NCBI GenBank assembly: GCA_964016885.1
Contig: OZ024748.1
Span: 21,390,001-21,454,000 of the forward strand
Source: Eledone cirrhosa
Lineage: Eukaryota
Reading direction: 5' to 3'
Length of the DNA stretch: 64,000 nt
The notes under the pieces are model-generated. The model searched no databases and was not told where the DNA came from. It was given only the letters and a program-made list of their open reading frames with translations. How positions within the stretch are numbered: the first letter of the stretch is position 1; every line of letters starts with the position of its first letter. The translations under genes were made by a program, and so were the position numbers. This document shows, in pieces, positions 55,503 through 64,000 of this stretch.

Positions 55503-56470
55503 ATCATCATCATCATCATCACCGTATTACATCCATTTTCCACGCTAGCATGGGTTAGACGAGTTGTCCTGTTGTGAGCAATGCTAGGGCGGGTGACCAT
55601 ATCGTGCTCATACAGAACTGATTTTGGCTTGGTTTCTACAGCTGGATGCCCTTATTAACACCAACCTCATTTACAGTGCGTACTGGAAGCTTTTTTGTCA
55701 TGACACCTGCATGACCATTTTACAGTGTGGGCTGGGTGCTTTTTGTTGTACCACCTACACGACCACTTTACAGTGTGGACTGAGTGCTTTTTTGTTGTGA
55801 CACCTACACAACCACTTTACAGTGTGGACTGAGTGCTTTTTGCTGTGATACCTACACAACCACTTTACAGTGTGGACTGAGTGCTTTTTGCTGTGATACC
55901 TACACAACCACTTTACAGTGTGGACTGAGTGTTTTTTGCCGTGATACCTACACAACCACTTTACAGTGTGGACTGAGTGTTTTTTGCCGTGATACCTACA
56001 CAACCACTTTACAGTGTGGACTGAGTGCTTTTTTGCCGTGATACCTACACAACCACTTTACAGTGTGGACTGAGTGCTTTTTGCCGTGATACCTACACAA
56101 CCACTTTACAGTGTGGACTGAGTGCTTTTTGCTGTGATACCTACACAACCACTTTACAGTGTGGACTGAGTGCTTTTTGCTGTGATACCTACACAACCAC
56201 TTTACAGTGTGGACTGAGTGCTTTTTTGCCATGATACCTACACAACCACTTTACAGTGTGGACAGTGTTTTTTTTTTGTCGTGGCACCTACACGACCACT
56301 TTACATTTTGGACTGGGTGCCTTTTGTCATGACACCTATACGACCACTTTACAGTATGGACTGGGTGCTTTTTTTTGTCATGACATCTACACAACCACTT
56401 TACATTGTGGACTGAGTGCTTTTTTTGTCATGACACGACCACTTTACAGTGTGGGCTGGGGGCTTTTGAT
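55503..56470 (-). mobile_element. RTE 3' UTR with a 48-bp internal unit amplified in tandem
   Basis: 55503-55760 matches 1137-1390. Unit GTGATACCTACACAACCACTTTACAGTGTGGACTGAGTGCTTTTTGCT is repeated about 15 times, counting diverged copies. Confidence 0.88.
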
Positions 56471-56679
56471 GTGTTATGTAAAATATGTCAGTATCTACTA
56501 ACTCTTCATATTCTGTAATGATTTAGCAGAAAATATCTAAATATAGTTTTGTTTATTTAAATGTTTATAGTATCTTTACTGGTCTTATTTCAAATAGTTA
56601 CAATATTTCATTGTCGCTATTTCATGTTTTTAGTAGTTTATTCAAATAGTTAATTCAATAGAAGGAGGGGGAGAATGTT

Positions 56680-57073
56680 AATGATGATGATGATGATGAT
56701 GATGATGATGTTGTTGATTATGATGAATGGTGATGTTGATCATGATAATGATGACGAGGAGGGGGAGGTTAATGAGGATGAGGAGGAGTATGATGATGTT
56801 GATTGTGATCATCATGATGATTATGATGAATGGAAATGTTGATCATGATGATGAATGGTGGTGGTGGTAGTGGTGATGATAATGGTGATGGTTATAGTGA
56901 TGATGATGATGATGATAATGGTTATGGTGATGATGATAGTGATGATGATGATGATAATGATGATGGTGATGATGATAATGATGATGGTTATGGTGATGAT
57001 GATGATAATGGTGATGGTTATGGTGATGATGATGATGATAATGGTGATGATGATAATGGTGATGGTTATGGTG

Positions 57074-57105
<32 letters not shown>

Positions 57106-57250
57106 AACGGTGATGGTTATGATGATGATAATGGTGATGGTTATGGTGATGATGATAATAATGGTGATGATGATGATAATGGTGATGGTTATGGTGATGA
57201 TGAGGATAATGGTGATGATGAGGATAATGGTGATGGTTATGGTGATGATG
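56680..57250. repeat. (GAT/GGT)n trinucleotide repeat
   Basis: Direct inspection. Confidence 0.93.
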
Positions 57251-58057
57251 TTCCAATTTTCAATGTAACATTTCTGTTTGTACTCCACAGATGTTTCATT
57301 CAGAACAACAGGACAACTCAGTACTCAATGTGTGCACGTGTGTGTGTCTATCTGCACATGTGTGTGTATGTGTGTATGTGCACATGTATGTTCACATGTG
57401 TGTGTGTACACGTGTGTGTATGTGTGAACGTGTGTGCCTATATTCACATGTCTGTATCTGCATGTATGTGTGTGTACATGTGCATGTGTGTGTATGTGCA
57501 CATGTGTCATATCTGTGTTTGTGCATGTGTGTATGTATGTGCACATGTCTGTATCTGCACCAATGTGTGTATCTGCACCAATGTGTGTATGTGCACATGT
57601 GTGTATGTGCACGCATGTATGTATGTGCACGGATGTGTGTATATATATGTATAGTTGTATACATATATGTATGTACATATAGTTCTTTGTTTAAGTTTAT
57701 GTATGTGTGTGTTTGTGTAATTGTGTGTGTGTGTGTGTGTGTGTGTAGAGGGAGATTATGTGAGTCAGTCTCTGTTGTTCCTATTGTTGCTGTTGTTATT
57801 GTTGTTTAACCTAATATCAACTCTGATTCAGGTGACCTATTATCAAAGGGATTTGATGGAGTGGGTCTGTGATCAAAGACATTCCAACCTTGTGATCCCT
57901 TTTGTTTTCCAATGTGCAAGGGACCAACAACCTCATTATCCAATATGTCCTCTTTGAAGATGGATGGCAAAGATTTGAGGACACTTTGGCTGCTATTTCT
58001 AACAGGTCGAATGACCATGTAGAGGCTCTCTCATTTGGTTCAAACGCCATGTGTGAA

Positions 58058-58115
<58 letters not shown>

Positions 58116-58599
58116 TGCGTGTGTGCACATGTGTATGTATCTATTCTCAGTGAATATGTGTGAGTTTGTGTGTGTGTTTTCAGCAAGTATATGTGTGTCC
58201 TTGTGAATCTATGTATATGTCCAGAGTGAATATATGTGCATGTGTATATGTATCTGTCCACGTTGATTATATGTGTATGTGTGTTTGTTCACAGTGAGTG
58301 TGTGTGAATGTACATGCCTGTCTATATGTATCTGTCCACGTTGATTATATGTGTATGTGTGTTTGTTCACAGTGAGTGTGTGTGAATGTACATGCCTGTC
58401 TATATATTTCTATATAGTACTAAAACTCTGTGATTGTGTGCTTGTCTGTAATTTAATACAACCAAAATGGTGCATAATGGGAAAATACTTTGAAAGGAAG
58501 TTGCCCCTGAAATGGGAGTACAAATGGAATAAAAGAAGCTTCGCATAAATTGGAGCATGGGTTTCCGAGATAAGGGGTTTTTCCGGGTACTTTGATAAA

Positions 58600-58782
58600 T
58601 AGAGTTTCTACTTTTGGCACAAGGCCAGCGATTACCCCAGTGCACCACTGGTATTTTATTTTATCGACCTTGTAAGGATGAAAGGCAAAGTTAACCTCAG
58701 CGGATTTGAACTCAGAACGCAAAGGGCCATAACTATGCTGCAAAACATGGTGTCTGACGCTCTACCAATACTGCCAAACCAC
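58600..58782 (-). mobile_element. SINE family B
   Basis: Reverse complement of the family B consensus. Confidence 0.87.
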
Positions 58783-58875
58783 TGGAGAGAAAGATAGAGT
58801 GAGAGAGTATATTGAAAGAGAGACATAGAGAGAGAATATGTATACACACACACACACAGACACATATATATATAT

Positions 58876-59256
58876 GTGTGTCTGATGGTAGCTAAGATGC
58901 TTCCATAGTCGGTATGCCGGTTGAGCACTCTATGCTCTTACAGAGCAGAGTATGATATAATAGAAAACGACAAATCAGTGATGCATCTGAACTCAATTTG
59001 TTGTGAGTTACAATTGTTTCGCTGGCGGACAGCTCGAGACGCGATCGATGTGTAGATTTGTCTGATCCTGGACCCACAGGTTCGACAGACACGTCTAATG
59101 ATTTCAGAGTGAATTCTTTCACTCCGTCGAACCTGCGGGTCCGGAATCAGACAGATCCACACAATGATGGCGTCTTGGGCTGTTCGCCGGGGGAAACAAT
59201 TGTAACACACAGTAAATTGAGTTCAGATGCATCACTGATTTGTCGTTTTCTATTAT
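58876..59256 (-). mobile_element. Fold-back element: ~130-bp imperfect arms plus the 3' motif on the minus strand
   Basis: Arms 58957-59086 and 59126-59256. Minus-strand motif ACTC-TGCTCT-gta-AGAGCA-TA-GAGTGCT at 58924-58951; (TA)n flanks. Confidence 0.82.
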
Positions 59257-59277
59257 TATTATATATATATATACATA

Positions 59278-59532
59278 GGGCGGTGGATTGGCAGTATCGG
59301 TAGAGGGTCGGACGCCATGCTTTCCAGCATAGTGACGTCCCTTTACGATCTGAGTTCAAATCCCGCCGAGGTTGACTTTGCCTTTCATCCTTACGGGGTC
59401 GATAAAATAAAGTACCAGTAATGCACTGGATAATTGCTGGCCTTGTGCCTAAAGTAGAAACAATTATTACATATATATAGTACCAGTAATGTACTGGGTA
59501 ATTGCTGGCCTTGTGCCAAAAGTAGAAACAAT

Positions 59533-59535
<3 letters not shown>
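59278..59535 (+). mobile_element. SINE family B with a duplicated 3' end
   Basis: Full copy 59278-59468; tail repeated at 59480-59535. Confidence 0.9.
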
Positions 59536-59579
<44 letters not shown>

Positions 59580-59704
59580 CCTTTCAATTTGTATGTCTGT
59601 GTGTGTGTATATATATATGTCTACGTGTATGTTTACATGTGTATATATCATCATCATCATCCTCGTTTAACGTCCACTTTCCACGTTAGCATGGGTTAGA
59701 CCGC

Positions 59705-60007
59705 CATCATCATCATCATCATCATTTTACGTCCGCTTTTCCCTGCTTGCAAGGGTGGGACGGGTCTTATTCAGCACAGCATCTCTCCACTCGTCACGGT
59801 CCCTCGTCATCTCCACCGTGAGCTTCAATGATCTGAGGTCTGTTCTCACCACCTCCGCCCATGTTTTTCATGGTCTACCTCTACCACGTCTTCCTTCAAC
59901 TGGCATTTCCTGGCACTTTATCACCCATCGGTCATCCTCCATACGCATCACATGTCCATACCACCTCAGTCTCCTCTCCCGTACACTACATTCTATCCCT
60001 CTCAGAC
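59705..60007 (-). mobile_element. RTE 3' fragment, second subfamily
   Basis: Minus strand encodes ERRLRWYGHVMRMEDDR..VEGRRGRGRP.KTWAEVVR. Its terminal CCCACCCTTGCAAGCAGGGAAAAGCGGACG is identical to the SINE A tail. Confidence 0.9.
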
Positions 60008-60009
60008 AC

Positions 60010-60890
60010 CGCCATATACATATATATATGTATATGTCTATATATGTGTGTCTGTGTATATATATGCCTATATATATGTGTAAGTGTGTGTGTATGTGTG
60101 TATATGTAGATGTGACTGTAGATGTATGTCTGTGTGTGTGTATAAATGTCTCTATATATATGTGTGTGTGTGTATATGTATATGTCTCTGTGTGTGTAAA
60201 TGTCTCTCTATATGTGTGTGTGTGTGTGTATGTATGTGCGACTATATGTATATATATGTGTGTATGTGTGTATGTGTCTATATGTCTGTGTGTGTATAAA
60301 TGTCTCTCTATATATATGTGTGTGTGTGTCTCTGTGTGTATAAATGTCTCTCTATATGTGTGTGTGTATGTATGTGCGACTGTATATGTATATATATGTG
60401 GGTGTATGTGTGTGTATGTATGTATGTGTCTATATGTCTGTGTGTGTGTATAAATGTCTCTCTATATGTGTGTGTGTGTGTATGTATGTGTGACTGTATA
60501 TGTATATATATGTGGGCGTATGTGTGTGTATGTATGTATGTGTCTATATGTCTGTGTGTGTGTGTATGTATGTGCGACTGTATATGTATATATATGTGGG
60601 CGTATGTGTGTGTATGTATGTATGTGTCTATATGTCTGTGTGTGTGTATAAATGTCTCTCTATATGTGTGTGTGTATGTATGTGCGACTGTATATGTATA
60701 TATATGTGGGCGTATGTGTGTGTATGTATGTATGTGTGTGTGTATAAATGTCTCTCTATATGTGTGTGTGTATGTATGTGCGACTGTATATGTATATATA
60801 TGTGCGTATGTGTGTGTATATATGTATGTGTCTATATGTCTGTGTGTGTGTGTGTATAAATGTCTCTCTATATATATGTTGTGTGTGTGT
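60010..60890. repeat. TG/TA-rich degenerate higher-order repeat
   Basis: Recurring TATAAATGTCTCTCTATATG and GTGCGACTGTATATG blocks. Confidence 0.88.
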
Positions 60891-61077
60891 ATTCATGGTG
60901 GAAAATTACCTCATTAAAATCTGTTGCAACCAATACATATATCTGTGCAGTGAAGAGGTTAATGTGTTTTGAGTGGTCAATGGTGGGATATTGTCTCTCT
61001 AGTGGACATTGATGGGATATACTCTCTCTCTCTCTAGTGGACAGTGGTGGCATGTTGTCTCTCTCTAACTCCCATTC

Positions 61078-61159
<82 letters not shown>

Positions 61160-61354
61160 GTATATATGGTTCCCCCCCCCTCCCCGTAACGTCTGATATA
61201 GTCGTAGAAGTACGATGTTGACATAAGGCATTTCTTGGGTATTTTAAGCCTGGCGGAGACCATCCCTCTCCAGGTCTGATTACAGCAGGTTTCTTCCAGA
61301 GAGAGATAGAAAGTAAGAGAGAGGAAATGAGATAGAGATATTAGAGGAAGAATT

Positions 61355-61505
61355 TACCCCAGTACTTGACTGGTACTTTTTTTATCGACCTCGAAAGAAT
61401 GAAAGGCAAAGTTGACCTCGGTGGGATTTGAACTCCAAAAGCAGGGAGCCGGAACGAATACCATAAAGTATTCTATCCGACGTTCTACCGACTCTGCCAA
61501 TTCGC
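61355..61505 (-). mobile_element. SINE family B variant
   Basis: Reverse complement of the Nin-like domain and B-box. Confidence 0.8.
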
Positions 61506-61509
61506 TGCT

Positions 61510-61541
<32 letters not shown>

Positions 61542-61958
61542 AAGACCCGCCTGTAATACAGGAGAGCCGCCTTGCCTAAGTACAAAGCGAAACCTACAGT
61601 CAGTAGGCACTTCCTAACCAAAAATACACCCCCCATACCACTACCCTTACCCCCACCCCCATCTACACCTAAAGTTATGTTGGTACCACAACATCCAGTC
61701 CTAAATAAATGAGGCCCTGTAGGTGTGACGACAAAAAAAAAACACACAGTTCACGCTGTAATGTGGCCGTGAAGGTAACACGGTAAAAACCTCCCAGTCC
61801 ACACTGTAAACGTGGTTGGTGTTAGGAAGGGCATCCAGCCGTAGAAAACCTGCCAGACAGTCCTATACGAGCAAGACAACCAATCTTGCCTCACGTGGGA
61901 CAATTCCCTTCTAAACCCACGCTAGCGTGGAAGATAGACGTTAAACGATGATGATGAT
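61542..61958 (+). mobile_element. RTE 3' UTR fragment
   Basis: Matches 12900-13409; (GAT)n tail. Confidence 0.88.
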
Positions 61959-61982
61959 GGATATATATATATATATATATAT

Positions 61983-62186
61983 ATAGGAAAAAGTATGACC
62001 CCGACGGCAGAGCTCAAGCCGTTTCAACGCCTATTTCTGGACTCAGAAATGTCCAGAAATAGCCGTCGAAACGGCTTGAGCTCTGCCGTCGGGGTCATAC
62101 TTTTTTCTATTACCCACTCTACTACCCTAAGTATTAAGTACTCGGTGCGTTATGGTCCATCTGGTTCCTTACCACAATTCCTTTGT
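61983..62186 (+). mobile_element. Fold-back element: 60-bp arms plus the 3' motif
   Basis: Arms 61983-62042 and 62051-62110. Motif ACTC-TACT-acccta-AGTA-TT-AAGTACT at 62116-62142; (TA)n flanks. Confidence 0.8.
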
Positions 62187-62299
62187 TATATATATATATA
62201 TATGCATAAATGCACTAATACTCACATACATATATACACTCACAGACTTGTACACACACACATAGTCTAAGACACACACATAAGTATATACACTCTGTG

Positions 62300-63175
62300 T
62301 GTGTGTATTTATGTGTGTGTGTGAGTACATATACGTAAGTTGTGTCAGTGTCTGTATATGTCAGTGTGTTTGTATACATCAGTGCTTGTGTGTATGGGTG
62401 CATATGTGTGTATGTCATTGTCTGTATACGTATGTATATGCCAATGTGAGTCAGTGTGTGTATATGCCAGTGTGTGTGTGTGTGTGTGCATATTTGTCAG
62501 TGTGTGTGTGTGCATATATGCCAATGTGTGTATATATGTCAGTGTGTGTGTGTGTATATGCCAGTGTATGTGTATATGTCAATGTGTCTATATATGCCTG
62601 TGTGTGTATATGTCAGTGTATGTCAATATGTCTATATATGCCAGTGTGTGTGTGTGTCAATGTGTGTATATGCCAGTGTGTGTATATGTCAGTGTATGTG
62701 CATATGTCAATGTGTCTATATATGCCAGTGTATGTATGTATGTATATGTCTGTGTATATATGCCAGTGTGTGTATATGTCAGTATGTATATATGCCAGTG
62801 TGTGTATATGCCAGTATGTATATATGCCAGTGTGTGTATATGCCAGTGTGTGTATATGCCAGTGTGTATATATGCCAGTGTGTGTATATGTCAGTGTGTA
62901 TATATGCCAGTGTGTATATATGCCAGTGTGTGTATATGTCAGTATGTATATATGCCACTGTGTGTATATGCCAGTGTGTATATATGCCAGTGTGTATATA
63001 TGCCAGTGTGTGTATATGTCAGTGTGTATATATGCCAGTGTGTATATATGCCAGTGTGTGTATATGCCAGTGTGTGTATATGCCAGTGTGTATATGTCAG
63101 TGTGTGTAAATGCCAGTGTGTATATATGCCAGTGTGTGTATATGCCAGTGTGTGTATATGTCAGTGTGTATATGT
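62300..63175. repeat. ~16-bp minisatellite (ATATGCCAGTGTGTGT)n
   Basis: Direct inspection. Confidence 0.92.
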
Positions 63176-63609
63176 CATCCATTGGTCTGTGAAACTAAAT
63201 GGAACAAGTTGATGGTAATTCCACCAGCAAACGTTGGTTAGTTCAATTCCAAGCCTCAGTAAACACACTAATTGCTCATCTGTCTGGCTGGCTGTTTCCA
63301 GTCATACACAAACAGATGACACACACACACACAGATGACACACACACACGGACACACATAGCCGACACACATACTGACACACAGACACATACAGACATTC
63401 AGACAACACACATACAGACATACACCAACAGACATACAAAAACATATAAATGACACACAAACATACAAATGTCACACACATATGACACACAGATAGGCAT
63501 ACAAATGAAACACACACACACACACACACAAATGATACACACACAGACATACAAATGACATACACAGACATACAGACACAATAACTGCTGCAAATTGTTC
63601 TTTCGCCAT

Positions 63610-64000
63610 CAGCATCATCACTGCCATCACCACCACCACCATCACTATCACCACCACTGCCATCACTATCACCACTGCCACCACCACCAGCACTATCACT
63701 ATCACCACCATCACCACTATCACCACCACCATCACCATCACCACTATCACCACCACCATCACTATCACCACCATCATCACCACCATCACTATCACCACTA
63801 CCATCACTATCACCACCACCACCATCACTATCACCACCACCACCATCACCACCACTGCCACCACCATCACCACCACTGCCACCACCATCACCACCACTGC
63901 CATCACCACCTCAACCACCTCTCTCTCTCCCTCTTTGTCCCTACCTTTATCTCTCTTACTGTCTCTCTCTTACTGTCTTTCTCTTTCTCTCTCTCCCTCT
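63610..64000. repeat. (CAC/CAT)n repeat followed by a CT-rich tract
   Basis: Direct inspection. Confidence 0.9.

Noticed and set aside
55780-56230. GAGTGCT hits as the 3' motif
   Set aside because: They are part of the RTE UTR/SINE repeat, with no upstream ACTC stem or bulge.
57806-58153. Protein-like ORFs on both strands
   Set aside because: They overlap the old dispersed repeat and have no recognisable domain or consistent splice pair.
58876-59210. Giant hammerhead from GTGTGT-CTGATGG to GAAA-CAATTG-TA-ACACAC
   Set aside because: The core is non-canonical, stem II does not close, and stem I is microsatellite-derived.

Overview
This window is repeat-saturated, AT-rich eukaryotic DNA, most likely intronic or intergenic sequence from an octopus or other cephalopod (inferred from recalled SINE families and the extreme microsatellite density). 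I recognise no host protein-coding gene; nearly all long ORFs are simple-repeat artefacts. It contains 5'-truncated RTE-clade LINE fragments (largest at 33.9-35.5 kb), two abundant tRNA-derived SINE families plus a third degenerate one, TTAA-flanked piggyBac-type MITEs, and several large minisatellites. The main unexplained signal is a dispersed family of small non-coding elements sitting in (TA)n tracts. Most carry a long fold-back palindrome with little sequence shared between copies, and several carry type I hammerhead ribozymes (long stem II with a C mismatch at pair 4, 6-nt self-complementary stem III). They share a covarying bulged 3' hairpin, ACUC-stem-loop-stem-UW-GAGU-RCU, 35-60 nt before the (TA)n tract. 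This resembles a non-autonomous, Penelope-like, ribozyme-bearing retroelement system. A second candidate is a 21-bp duplex split by an apparent 298-nt intron at 36.5-36.9 kb. All structures were read by eye, and repeat boundaries are approximate.
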